Below, piece after piece: positions 12,015 through 25,131 of a DNA stretch of 64,000 nt. The position numbers and the translations under genes are program-made. This DNA comes from Felis catus (lineage: Eukaryota), in contig NC_058379.1 in NCBI RefSeq assembly GCF_018350175.1, positions 38,626,001-38,690,000 of the forward strand, read 5' to 3'. Position 1 is the first letter of the stretch. Each line of letters opens with the position of its first letter. Under the pieces are notes generated by a model. That model saw nothing but the letters and a program-made list of their open reading frames with translations, had not been told where the DNA came from and did not search any database.

Positions 12015-14369
12015 AAGCTGGAAATGGGAAGAATAACACAAGGAGAGAAGTTGAAATTAGATACCAGGACTGCAGATCACTTGGTGGAAATGTCTTCGGT
12101 ATTGCATTTTTAGACCGCGTGGTGATTGGTTAAATTGCACACTTTAGAATGGTAAGCTTCTATTAGCACCAAACCTCTAATTCTTTTGTAATTTGCAGTA
12201 GGGAGAAAAAGCTGACAACTTAATTTTTAGATTGCTGACATTTTGATACGCTGTTCTTGTAGCCCTTCCTTACAGACTTAAAACAAAAAAAAGGAAAGAA
12301 GCAGAAAGGTCTGAATTGGACCTAGGAAAAAATGCAGCATTTAACCTGCTTCGTGCGTTTGTTTTTTCTCTCCAGTTTTACTTGAGTGAGCGAGTGCCTG
12401 ATGTGAGTAGGATCTTCTTTTTCTTGGAGCTTCCTCCCCAAACCAAGTACAGGTCTAAACACTTATAGCATTGAGTAAATACTCTTGGACTTGAATGAAA
12501 AATGAGGCCACTTGTGACTTCTGCCTCCCTACAAAAAAAAAAAAACATTTGAAAAGGCTTCAAAAGCACTGCTGCTTTATTTAAAAATGAGAATTATCGG
12601 GCCCGCGTGTGCAGTCATTATTTTTCGTGGCATGATCCTTTTCATAACAAGCTTGCTATTCTGCCCATAGCTTGAATGAGGTAGGATCTGGAGGTTTTCC
12701 CCTATCAGAGAAGAGAATACTGCAGGTACCAAGAGAAAAAAAAGAATGGCTTCTTTAAACGGAAGATCTGCAGGCGGCCTGCTTCCTCTCCTGCCAGCTC
12801 TAATTGGTGTCATGCAGGACATCAGTGTGGAGGGAATTCTCAGAAGACAAGGAGGGGGATCTCTCTGAGTGAAGTGTGGCACAAGCTGAAAATGGATTAG
12901 GGCTGGGTGACGATCTTGATCCTGACGTCGGACGAAAACAGAAGACGATTTTTCTGTTGTAGATCTCTCCTCTGCGGTCATTTTTGTACGTAGCGTTTAC
13001 ATTGTCAAACGGGGAGTTTCTGTGTATTTCTGCGAGCCCCAAACTTCGTCATTTCTGGGACAAACTTCTCTTTTGGCGTTTTGACGTGTCTGAAACGGGG
13101 ATGTGACTTAACAGTTATCCTCAGCCATGTGGCAACTTATTTCAGTGATTGGAGCCTGCATCAGAAATTGGAGATTGGAGGTCAGCTGATTGGAAGAAAA
13201 TCTCGGAGGAGTAATGGCCCCGGGAAGAAATAGTGCCTCACCAATGATATGTAGGAGATGGCTGCGGAAAAGCACAGACCACAGTAACTGAGCCGGCCTG
13301 CCATTCAAAGGAGTTGGAAATCTGACCCAGTAAAGAATTTGTAGGAATACCTCTGCCAGATGATTCTGTTTCCGTGTACTTATTTATGCAAAGAATACCT
13401 AAATATTCTAAGAGTTCTTTAAATAACTTAAATGAGAATTCCAACGTATGAGTCACAGCTCGATTGGTGGAGTGCTGTATAATGTGATCTCTTGCAACGA
13501 AGGAGGTCCTGAATTTTACGGAAGCTGGTTTGTCACTTCGCTATGCAAAATTTTTTAAATGCTTTATAGCGCTCAGTGCTTACTGATGTGGCTCATTCTG
13601 TGTATTAGCATTATGTTTCTTATGTGTGTCCCTTTATAGGAAACCTCTATCGAATGATCTTCATCTTCTGTTTTGGTCCTTGGAAGATGGTCGGACTTTG
13701 ATTGAGATTTGTCATTGAGAAGACATTCCGGATTAGGACACTCCAGAAGTCAACAGGCCTAAATTTAGCTGGAGTGTGGCTTTTATTTACACTAGGGAGT
13801 AGTAGGAGACAAGTTGAAGGAGGAAGAGTGGGGCCTGATCGTGGAAGGTTTTTTAGATACGAGGCTAAAGAATATTTGGGGCTTTACTGGAGAGTGGGGA
13901 GCCCATGAGGGAAGTTGAGTAGGGAAGAAGAGTGTTTGGCTGGTGATGAATATAAGGATATATTGGAAGAATAGGAGTCTGGAGATAAAATGGTCTTGTG
14001 TTAATGGCCTAATCCAGAATTTTTCCGAAATGCATTGTAAGGATTTCTCTCCTCAGTGATTGATATTTTGGCAACTCCATATATTTTTTGTGGTCACATT
14101 TAGTCGGAGATCAGTGGCCCACTTTGGGGCTGTTCAGAGTGGAAATTAGGTCTATGGAAGATGGGAAGATTTTCATGGTGCTTATTTATCCTTCCAACCA
14201 AAATACCTTTGTTATTTGAGATTTTAAAAATAGTGCTTAAAATGGCTTCGAATATATTCCAAAATCCTGAAAAAGAGAAAAAAAAAATCTCGTCCTCTAA
14301 AGACAGCTGCTTTTAATATTTTGGGCAAACACGCTTCTGAAGCTATCTCTTGGAATGTATAATATGCTG

Positions 14370-14575
14370 TAGCAGAATCGGACAGACTTGGGTTGGGCTC
14401 CCAGTCTCGCCGTTTGATGGTTCTGTGACCCGGGTCAGGTCTCCCCTTGGAGTCTGTTTCCTCATTTCTAAAATGGTCTTCATGCTTACATCTCCAGGAT
14501 ATGAGTATTAACTGATAGAACACATGCTAAGCACGACTCATAGTCACTGATACATAAGTGCTTAGTAAATAGCAG
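14370..14575 (+). mobile_element. MIR relic
   Basis: MIR core CTGTGACC…CTGTTTCCTCATTTCTAAAATGG…AGTGCTTAGTAAAT. Confidence 0.7.
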
Positions 14576-15014
14576 TAGCTTTATTTTGTGTATGTATGGA
14601 TTCAGATGGGTACATAATATTTTACAAGAATAGATTTCTAGCTTACACATTAATATGTAACCATTTTCCTTTTTATGTAACAGTATGTCCTGGGAAGCTC
14701 TCTCCTGTATACAAATCTGTATCTGTGTCGTTATTTTTAATGGGAGATAATAATTTTCTTTGGGTCCTATGCAGTAAGGTGAAGGATCATTACCTTAATG
14801 ATAGTGGTTATTTGAAGTCTTGTCATCCAGCCCCTCCTCCTCCTGCTGTTGCCTGTACTTTTCATCATTTGTCTTGTAGCACACACATCAGAGGGCTGCA
14901 GTAAAAACAGGACACTTAAGCAAAATTAAAATCTCGAATGGCAGTTGTGTACATCTCAGTGTTGTGTGCGCATATTTAGTTCTAAAACAGTCGGACTTTA
15001 GCCATATGTTTCTT

Positions 15015-15428
15015 TGTCACAGACGAGGAGTCTGGAGTTCTCTCTTGTCCAGCAAGAGAGTGGATGCGGAAGTGAATACGAGAGAGGCAAATGTCCGGGA
15101 GGAGACAAGAGCCCCAAACGGGTTTCATTTCTGTATTTATTGACTGCTCAAGATCTTACACACGTGGTGAACGTGAAGGAAACAATCAGACCGTAATCGT
15201 TCACTTGTGTATAAGAAGCGAAGGGTCTGGGGGGCAAATGGAGTTTGCGATCACGGCACATTGGCTCCAGATGGAAAGTTAATTCCTGCAGGTGGTAGAA
15301 CAAGTTAACTTGTGATCCCACTACAGTATCTCACTAGCTAACCGGGGGCCCTCTCGCCCTGTGGCGGCAGCTTTCCACCCTAAGCTTTTTTCTAACCCAT
15401 CTATGTGAGCAGGGCCCATTTCCCCACA
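15015..15428 (-). mobile_element. Solo retroviral LTR (414 bp), probably class II/ERVK-like
   Basis: TG…CA termini; on the minus strand it begins TGTGGGGAAA and ends CTGTGACA; perfect 6-bp TSD TTTCTT (15009-15014 and 15429-15434); minus-strand AATAAA at 15136-15141. Confidence 0.8.
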
Positions 15429-16644
15429 TTTCTTGATTTCTTTTCACCTGTAACGTGTAGTCTGTTCACAGTGATCTCCCACCAGCACAGCTTAACCTTT
15501 AGGTCCCAGGGACCCACGGTCTCCCCACATGCATTCTGGCACATTCCAACAGGCAGCAGACACCACAGCCTGTAACTGAACTAGACTCTGAGTTCAGAGT
15601 CTAGACACTTGAGAGTCTGGGATAGTCTAGGAGGTGTGGTAGGGGCATCGGGCTTCCAGACAGCCTTGTTCTGACGTCTGAACCCTCCCTTTGTCTTCAG
15701 CAGTGAGGGTTAACAAATGTCAGATTCGGTTCACGGATTTCATGCAGGTGCTCCAGGGATGTGGGCCACTCTGTTGTTTTATAGACTAGCCCATATTTTT
15801 GACCCATCTTAGGTTTACTTGAAATCCATCTGGTTTTCCCTACATTCATGTGGCTAAGGAAAATAGCTTTATGGTCTCAAGATGGCGCTAACTGGAAGGG
15901 TGCACCTAGACTTCTACTAGGTTGCCATTGTGGAGTCTGAGCTTGAGGATGGCCTGGAAGTTGCTTGGTGATTTGTATCTGGAGTTACATCGTGGAGGGA
16001 GAATTCTAGATTTTTTGTTTACTTCATGCCATTATTTTGTGCTAATAGGTGCTGACTTTTATGAACTTGAGCTTAAAAGGAATACTGTTAGTGGACAAAG
16101 CATGGGGTTGGAAAAAGCATAGAACTGACTGGTTTGCTCAAGGCATTTGGAAAGCCCTTCCCCTTAAATCCTGAAATCGAGGTAGCAGTAATTCATGGGG
16201 AGGAGCTATGTTGTAGAATCAAATACAGTGAGCTGGAGTAGATGTGGGTCAAAACATCTGCTCACCTTCAGTTAAGTAACTTCGGGCAGGTTGCTTCATT
16301 TCTCCGGACAACGTTTCCCAGCTGTGAAATGGCGGTGATCATGCCAACCAGAAGGTTGAAATGAGACCTATATATCCCAAGACCTCTAGAGCCATGTGCA
16401 ATGAGAATAGGCACATAGTAAACATTTTGCCATTTAAGCTACTTTGTTGTTTGCCTACTTTGCTTGTTCCTAGAGACCTGTTAGGAATTGTGAGCCTCCA
16501 AAGCTAAATCTGCAAGAGGAGTATGGAATTTGGGGAACATTCCACCTCAAACTCCATAATGCTAAAAGATGACCCTCAATGAGGCTATAGACTTTTGTCA
16601 ACTTTGCAACTCCAAATGACAGCTGTAGGGGTTTGCAAGGAGTT

Positions 16645-16830
16645 AGCCCCGGTGGCTTTCAAATTTTCATGTGTAACAGAACTAGTGGGGGATTTGTTAA
16701 AAAGCAATTTCTAGGGATCCGTCCATAGTTCTCACTCGGTAGATCTGGAGCTGTGTCCAGGCATCTGTCTGTCCCAACGGGTGCTTCAGTGGATATTAAT
16801 TCTGTGACCCCTGGACTGCATTTTGTGATT
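16645..16830. mobile_element. MER5-like (hAT-Charlie) relic
   Basis: GGATTTGTTAAAAAGCAATTTCTAGGG…GTAGATCTGGAG…CAGGCATCTG pattern; similar relics at ~440-895, ~2760-3130 and ~44445-44720. Confidence 0.55.
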
Positions 16831-19800
16831 GCTATCTTACAGAATCTTTCTCGACAACTTTCTAGTTTATTGGCTTTTTTTCTAGTGAATATGTAATCTG
16901 GAAAGGTAATGCACTAAATAGTACTAATGTTTGAGAGAATGCTCTGCATAGAGAGCCCTGCCTCGTTTTCACTGTGGCTGGTCTACCGCTTAATCCCTCT
17001 TGTGGCCCTAGGAAATTAACTTACAAGACTAAGGAAGTTAGGATTAAAGGTTAGTTTTCTTATCTGTTCAAACAGGATGATGGTAGTTCTGTAGCATAAA
17101 TGTCGGGAATATTAACTGAGTAAGTAAAAATACGTGGCTCAGTATGTCTTCGGTTGGGTTAATTTTCTTTCTTTTAAAATAGAGTATAATCAGTGGAGAA
17201 GATATGCTTCCATGAGTAAAGGTGATTCTATTGATCAAAATCATACTTAGCTATTTGGGTTTTATAGATATTTTTAAGCTGCTATGAAGTTCTTCTATAT
17301 GTGAAAATTAAAAGCTTTGTGTGTGCAAATGTTACCATTTTTAGTGGTATCATATAAATGGTAAATGGCCCGCTTACATAATGATGCATGTTAATGAGCA
17401 CTATTTTTCTATATTCCTGTCCAGGAAGGACATACTTTTCACTTCTCTATGTACAGAGGCAACAAAAGCCAGTTGTGTTTCATACTTAGGTTACATCAGT
17501 TTCTCAGGATCTAAAGATGAATTCCAGAGGGAGTTTCCAGACCTTGGAGCTATAGTTACAGTGCAGCTTGAAGGGTCTTAAGGAGCTTTCCTGACAGCAT
17601 GGCTCTTGGAACAGAGAGGCAGCAAGTGAGATGAGTCGTTTAACCATCTTCAGACATTGACTTTTCTCCCTCTCATCGCTATGTCTCCAGATGTCACCAA
17701 ACTTGCATCTTGGAACCACCTGTCAGAGTGCCTGAGCAATAAGATCATATATGGGAAGGGTAAAGGCTGGCATATACAGATATCAGTAAATTAAATTTCA
17801 TAATCTCTTTTTCTACTTAATTTCCAGTGAAACGTTCCTCTGAAACATTTACTAGTTTTACCGGCTCACCATCGTACCTGTTCTTTCCACCTGCTCTTAT
17901 TTAAGAGTTGGCTTTCAACCTAGTGATCTCCTTGCCCGCAACTTCCTCTGGCTAGAATCGTAAACCACCTTCTGTGGACTTCTAGCGTGCCAAAGAGTCC
18001 GTGTTGCTGGTCAGCTCAAACACAGCCCCCTGAACGAGCCCCTCCACTCTGCCCTTGGCAGCTGTCCACACTCTGTGTCTCAGTGAATATTTTAACTGTC
18101 CTCCACGGTGAATCCAGGTCTTCTCCACCCAGGCCAGCTTCTGTCCCAACTATTCCTTCTCCAGATGACTCCGGTTCCAGTGTCTGGCAGCCTAAAGAAA
18201 GAAGCAAAACAAACCAACCCCGTCTTTTGACTCCGCTTCCTCCTCCAGCTTATTGCCCGTGTTTCTTTTCAGCTGCTTGGCGGTGAGCCAGACTTCTTTG
18301 AAATTATGATTTGTCCAGGCAGGATGCTCATTTGGCAACAGTGATAGTTAATTTTAAGACTCACTCTAACGTATACCAAAATACACATCTAGACTCTAAA
18401 GACCGGTGATGTGCGCCAAAACATGGCACTTTGAGCCTTTGTAAAGTTTTGCTCCTTTATTCGTTTGTTTACTCCACAGATACTTACGGAAGGCTCCTTA
18501 TGAACCTGGTACCTTGCCTGGTGCTAGGATTACAGCACTGAACAGGACCGAGCAGACCTATGCTTTCCTGTTCGCCCTGGATTTTAAGCAGGGGGACAGG
18601 CAATCAGCAAATAAGTGTGGTTGCAGAGAATGACGAATGCTCTGAAGCAGGACCAGATCACAGACTGTGGGTGTAGAGGACTACTTGAGATACTATCATG
18701 TGGGGACTTTTAACATTATACAAAGTCCTTTCTGTTCGTATCCCTTCTCTTTGGGTGCGACACCAATTCTCCGGTGTAAGTGGCCCGGGGGCAGGAACCG
18801 CATCTGTAATCATCCTGTGTCGTTTCATTCAGCCATGTCAGTGCTGAATTAATAGCTTTCACTCTTGTCACGCCTTTCCTGTGCCTACCTTTCCGGTGCT
18901 GTTATTTTGACTTTGAATACACATTCTCTTCTTTCTCGTTTAGTTTCTTCTCCTGTCCCACTCAGGTGTCGACCAACTGTGAAGCTAATGATGCTTGTTA
19001 CTTAAGTTTGAGTTTGACATTTTATAATCTTAAAGAACGTCCCCCAAATTGTAAAAGTTTTTGTGCTTACGAAAGCCTAACATCTGCCTCTGAGCCTAAC
19101 CCAGTTTCAGCTGCCCCTTTGCTGAGTTCTGACTGCAACTCTGGTTAACGGGATCCAGAACCTTGGCCGTGTCCCAACTCATTCATGTTCTGAAGTATCT
19201 CACGGGTATACACGGCAGACATTCCAAAGGCTTGTGTTTATGTGCAACTTGGCTAAAAGAAGCCCCCTGAACCTCTCTGAGCAAGAGCTCTAAATTTACA
19301 GTAACCTCTTCCTTCTTCCCATAGAATTATGATGACGAGGTGTGTAATTGACGTGAAAGCACTCTTCCAGCTGCGAGGATGCATACGATAATAATCAACA
19401 GTCTTGGTAGGGAGTTAGGATGGCAAACGTTAGGGGAAGGAACATGTTTGACTTCTTTCCTGCTCTGCTCCCACCGTTCTGTGCCTTCACTTGCTCTGCT
19501 CACAGTGGAATGTATGCTGAGTACTCACTAAAGGCCGGCACCGTGCAGGTGTCAGCAATAGAGCAGGAGGGAAACGAACAGCAGTACTGACTCTCCTGGG
19601 GCTGCCTGTCCCCCAGGGCACAGAGATAAGTAACTGCCTGCTTGGCAGCTCCCATCCGCCATGACTGGTGCGTAGTAGGGGAATTGGGGCACTAGATGAG
19701 CCAAAGGAACCTCACCTACGCAGACTTGGGTGTGTAGTCCTGGAAGGAGAGGACAAGATGTCCGACCTAAGACCTGAGCACCGTGACCTAGCATGGGCGT

Positions 19801-21899
19801 GTGACAGAAACAAGGGAGGGCTGTCAGGGTCTAGGGTAGGCTAGGAGGGGGTGTTTGAGGTGACTGGGAATCCTGTACAAAAGCCGAGAGGAAAGAGGGA
19901 GCTGAGTCACTTCAGGGAATTGAAGGAACTAGCCTCTGGCTAAGAAGCAGGATGGGATCCAGGGATAGTAGGGAGAAGGTAAGACGAGCTTTGGAGGCCG
20001 CTAGGCTTAGCGTTCAGGGCCCCATGAGCCATCACCTGGTGGGTGGTACAGAGGCAGTTGCCCTGTTGGAGGATGTGGTCAAATGTGAATTTCAGAAAAG
20101 TTACTTTGGCTCTCGTAGTAACCTGGGGAATTTACTTTTTAGGGGACGATGTATCAGTTGTAGTTAAAATTACTGTTTTTGAGTCATTTGAGTGAACAAA
20201 TGAATCAATAAACTTAATAAGTCCTGACTGCACAGCCATCTAGATTCATAACTTTGGGAAATACTTAGCCTTAAAAATTTCACTTCGGTTTTCTATAAAC
20301 TAGGAATAATCACACTTCACAATAAATCTGCCCTTCCAGGAACCCTGTAAGTCCTTTACACGTTAAGTACTCACCGCCCAGGGAAGAATTCAGGGTAGTT
20401 TGAAGTAAGGACATGGTCCTGGAGATGGAGGGAAGTGAGTCACTCGGGGAAAGTGTTGAGGAGGTGGGACTTAGGAGGTGGAATTGGGACGCTAGGTGAT
20501 GCGTCAGGTTGGGGAGGTGGGGGAGAGGGGAGTGGCCCCACTTACTGCTCCTGAGCTTACATCCACCAGGGGGAGCCCTGGGGTGATGGTGGGGTTAGTG
20601 ACGGTGGCACAGTCGTCAGGAGTTGGGCCCAAGGGTCCTGTGGGACCTCCAGGAAGAGATGTCCAGGAGCCTTTACACAGGAGTCTGCCCACTGGAGAGG
20701 TCCAGCTTCAGGGTCAAGACTCGGAGTCATTAAAATAGGAAGGTCATTAAAGCCGGGGAAGATGAGTGCAGTATCCTACAGAGAGGACGTCGGGGAGATG
20801 TGTTTCAGGAAGGAGCGGCGTCCCGGGCTCCTGAGTACCCAGGAGATCCCGTTCCCGAAACAGTTTTGCATTTAGTGGCCTCGAGGCTGGCCAGCTCTCA
20901 GTCAGGAGCCCAGAGAGGTGCCCATTTCCCTGCTCTCATTTCTCTCCCCGGCCCAGGGCGTCCAAGGGGTGGGGTGGACTGTAGTGGGTTCAGGAGAAGA
21001 GGAAAGTAAGGAAGTAGGAGAAGTGCACACAGTTGCAGGGCTGGGTTAGCTGGGTTCTCATAGAAAGACTGGAAGCATGGGCTATGAGGTATGAGACACC
21101 CTATGAATTTCTGTCCACAGTGTTTTATTCTTTTTAAAGAAGTATATTGAGAAGCAAAGGTGACATTGCTAAAAATACCACCTATGTAGAGAAGGGGCTG
21201 TATTTAAAATTGTGACAGGCAGCTTACTCTAAAGCACTGAGCATAGATTTGCCGTGTTTTCTTTTATACAGCCCTATTCTGTAGACCGCGAAAGGTTCTA
21301 ATTTGAGAAAAGTGCCAGAAAAGTGATGACGGCCTTTTCATTCCCTTCATTCGCCCCCTTTTCTCCTCGTGGTAACAAATGATTCTACGAGGGGGAAAAT
21401 ATTCTTGATCCTAGCTGAACAGAAGTGCTGCCTTTTACTCAAAGGTGAATGTCAAGACGACCCACGGATGGTGAAGGAACCCGAGGATGCTGGGGTAGGG
21501 TTGAGGATTCTTTGCTGAAAGCAGTGCAGAATATTTCGGATCCACAGAAAGGTGGAGGCATAATATGGTGACCCCCCTGTGTACCCACCGTGCAGCTTAA
21601 GAAGTAGAACAGAAGTGCTGGATCTTGCCAAGCCCTCCTTCACAGTTGTGCCTTCCTCCCTCCCCTGAGCGGCCATTTTTCTGGATCTGTGTTTAGCCTA
21701 ATGATAACCGTTCTTTAGTCCTTTCCACTTATCATTTATAGTATCACCAAATTACTTGTGGTGTTGTTTTCAATGTTTAAGAAACAAATGATGTGCTGTA
21801 TATATCCTTTAGCAGCTTGCTTTTGTCAGCGTTCCGTTGTGTTCGTGCACATTGACACCTGTCGTATTCTACGGTGTATTTCTTGGTGGGGATCAGATG

Positions 21900-22270
21900 C
21901 GTTAGCCAGTGTTCGTGGCTTCCTTACTCATCCTGGAACAGGGTCATGCTTCCACCTCAGAGATGTGGTACTTGCTGTCCCCTCAGCCTGGAACATTCTC
22001 CAGCAGCATAGTTACCCAGCTTGCTTCTGGCACGTAAGCCCCCCCACCACCTCGCGTTCCATCCAACACTACCTGTTCCCTTCCTTGCTGACATTTCTTT
22101 ATATTAAACATATTTTACTTATTTATGTGTCTCGTGCCTCTGCCCCACCCAGAGAATATCAGCTTCGTGAGGGCAGGCCTTCTAGCTGTTTTGTTCACTG
22201 ACATAAACCCCAGCTCTTAGAACAGTGCTGAGCACGTAACACGTGCCCAGGACATATTTAAATGAAGGAG
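21900..22270 (+). mobile_element. L2 3' end relic
   Basis: GAGGGCAGG…TTTTGTTCACTG…AGAACAGTGCTGAGCAC…ATATTTAAATGAA. Confidence 0.65.
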
Positions 22271-23191
22271 TTGTTTAAAATATGATGTGAGACCATCTCA
22301 TGAATTTACGAAGGAGAAGTCTAAGTCAATCTTTAACGTTTAGTGGCTCTGGTTTAGTTACAAGTGATTTTAACTTTAAATTGTAAGTATAACCTTAAAA
22401 AAGTGAGATCGTCTGATGAGAAAACATGCCCGTATGGCCTGCGGGATGATTCTTGGGATGTAAAAGAATTGGTATGTGTGCCAGATCAAGACATACGTCA
22501 CTGAGCAGTGTCATGCTTCCAGAGTGACAGTTGGGTTCCAGTCATTTTCGATTAACTTGGACTTGGTATTCTTGATGCTCGTTAGAATGTCGTAATTTAC
22601 CCCCTCCTTAAGAATTAGCACTTGCGCGTTGTCAGTACCTTCCCAGACATACCATCTGGCCTGCCCCCTTTTTCCCCTTCCAATTTTAGCACAGTCTAAG
22701 GTAAACAGCTTTTTTTTTTCCTTGCCAATGAATATTCCATTGTCTTGTAATTTAGAAAATCATTTGTACATCTCTCATGTTCTCTCTTTGTGCTGGGAAA
22801 ATCAAGGTGCAGTTGGTTTTTAATTCTGAGCTCTTCCGGGAAATATCAAGTAGATAAGTGAGGTTTTGATTAGGCATGCATTCTAATGAAAGCAAACTGA
22901 ATGATAATTTTTCATTTGGAATACAGTAGGAGGTAGAAAGGTAGAAAGCTATTTGTATTTTCACAGCTGGCAAAATCAGCCACAACTTAAAGAATTTCTT
23001 ATCCGAAAGAAGGTTCTCATTACTGCCTGATTTCTGTTTCTTTATAGGAAATTTAATTTTTCTCTAAATCTAAGTATCGTGTGTAGAGCGCAGGAGGGCG
23101 GCAATCCGGAATTTCTTTCTGTCTAGGTCCAGATACTCGGCATCAGTGAAGTGGAATGGGCTCTCTTCGTTCTTCAGTTTGTTTTCAATTA

Positions 23192-23469
23192 CAGTTGACC
23201 TTTGAACAACACCGGTTTGAACGCAGGTCTACTTCATGTGGATTTTTTTCGGATAAATATAGTACAGTGTGTTCTGATTTGCTTAATATTTTCTTCTCTC
23301 TGGCTTTATTATAGGAATACAGTACGTAATATGTATTACAGAATCGTGTTAAATCACTGTTTGTTATTGGTAGGGCTTCAGTCAACAGTAGGCTATTAGC
23401 ACCAAAAGTTATACACAGATATCCAGCTGTAGGGGGTGGATAACCCTCATGTTGTTCAAGGACAAACTG
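23192..23469. mobile_element. Tigger2-type (TcMar-Tigger) non-autonomous DNA transposon
   Basis: TIRs CAGTTGACCTTTGAACAAC … GTTGTTCAAGGACAAACTG; TA target on the left, decayed to CA on the right. Confidence 0.8.
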
Positions 23470-24459
23470 CATATTCTTTTCTTCTTGATGCCAAGAGTGA
23501 CTTATTCCTTCACGAGGCTCTGAGATTAGTGTGAGTTGAGCATGTCCGGTTGATAAAGGACGGCTGACTGATAAGATGCGAAATTAGATATTCTGACAAC
23601 TGACGATGTGGGAGTCCCACACCCCCCATAACCGTTCCTCATGAAGTTCTTCAGCTGATGGCCCACAGGATTAGGTTTGCCCAAGACATCCAAGTGTTCC
23701 ACCCCTTAGGGTGCATCTGCGGTTGGCTTCACAGAGTCTAGGATGCCTGATGGCCACCGCGACTCCATTTGAAGCCATTATTCTTCAGCGTGGGCTTTAG
23801 TCAGGTTTCCGTCTCAGGCCCGGGTCAGCAAAGCTGGTGTTTTGAAGTTCTCTTGAAAGAGACTGTGCGGACATAGATCATTGTTTTTCTGGCTTTCTCG
23901 TGAAATGGAATTGTCTGGTGAAACAGTCTTGTTTCTTGGTGTTCTTTTATCTGATACTGAAAGGAAGATGAAGTTGAAAACATTTTAGTAGAAATACTAG
24001 CATCATTATGATCCTCATAAGCCTTAAATATGCATCGACCATTTCTCCTATAGCAAGTATCCTTTTTGGAAGAGGTAACTAGAGACACTGACTGCAACGA
24101 TTTTAATGCATCTGCCTGATAGAGAAGTTGATTGAGTGGTAAAGATGTCAATTTAGGTATTCCTTAATAATGCAAGATTTAGAAGGCCTGTGTGCCTGCA
24201 GATCATGCTCACACTTTGAAGTTCTAGGAAAATGTGAATCTTCGTGTTTTGTATTGTGTATGTAATAGCTATATAATAATCGTACGTATGTATTGTGGCT
24301 GTAATATATTTATATGGGTTATAATTAGCGTGGGAGTTTGGGATCAGATTTGTGACAGGCAGTTCATTGTCTCTATGTATCATACAACGTGTATGTTTAG
24401 TCCCAGCTCAGTCACTTTTTTCTAACAGTGCAGTCATGAGCAAGTTCGTGAGTTTCTTT

Positions 24460-24465
24460 AAATAT

Positions 24466-24497
<32 letters not shown>

Positions 24498-24677
24498 TTT
24501 TTGAGAGAGAGAGAGCGAGCGAGCACATGATCAGGGGAGCGACAGAAGAGAGAAAGGGAAACAGGATCCGAAGTAGGCTCCGGCTGACAGCAGAGAGCCC
24601 GATGCGGGGCTTGAATTCACAAACATGACCTGAGCAGAAGTCGGATGCTCAACTGACTGAGCCACCCAGGCGCCCTC
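24460..24677 (-). mobile_element. Can-SINE with (TTTA)n tail, inserted in a MIR
   Basis: SINE body; TSD ~GAGTTTCTTT. Confidence 0.9.
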
Positions 24678-24824
24678 TTGAGAGTTTCTTTACCACGGTT
24701 TCTTCACCTGCAAAGTGTGAATGGTAATACTAGCCTTAGGTTTATGTGACATTTATGCGCATGTGCATATCCAAAACGGGAATTGTAGTAAAGCTGGCCT
24801 GCTTGTGTTGTTATATGGGTTATT

Positions 24825-25053
24825 TTTTTTTTTTAATTTTTTTTTTTAACGTTTATTTACTTTTTGAGACAGAGAGAGACAGAGCATGAATGGGGGAGGG
24901 TCAGAGAGAGAGAGGGAGACACAGAATCTGAAACAGGCTCCAGGCTCTGAGCTGTCAGCACAGAGCCCGACGTGGGGCTCGAACTCACGAACCGTGAGAT
25001 CATGACCTGAGCCGAAGTCGGCCGCTTAACCGACTGAGCCACCCAGGCGCCCC
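24825..25053 (-). mobile_element. Can-SINE
   Basis: Perfect TSD GTTATATGGGTTATT (24810-24824, 25054-25068). Confidence 0.95.
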
Positions 25054-25098
25054 GTTATATGGGTTATTAATATTACTAATACTTCATAGAGTTGGATT

Positions 25099-25131
25099 CA
25101 ATTTTAGTATATGTGCTGCCGAAGCGAGCAC
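25099..25131 (-). pseudogene. 3'-truncated (tailless) U6 snRNA retrocopy, U6 nt 1-33
   Basis: Reverse complement reads GTGCTCGCTTCGGCAGCACATATACTAAAATTG, the U6 5' end. Flanked by the direct repeat TCATAGAGTTGGATTCAA (25084-25101 and 25132-25149); no poly(A). Confidence 0.93.

Noticed and set aside
21417-21620. 14-bp repeat GAACAGAAGTGCTG at 21417 and 21607
   Set aside because: The second copy appears to lie within an old L1-like relic that continues past it; most likely coincidence rather than a TSD.
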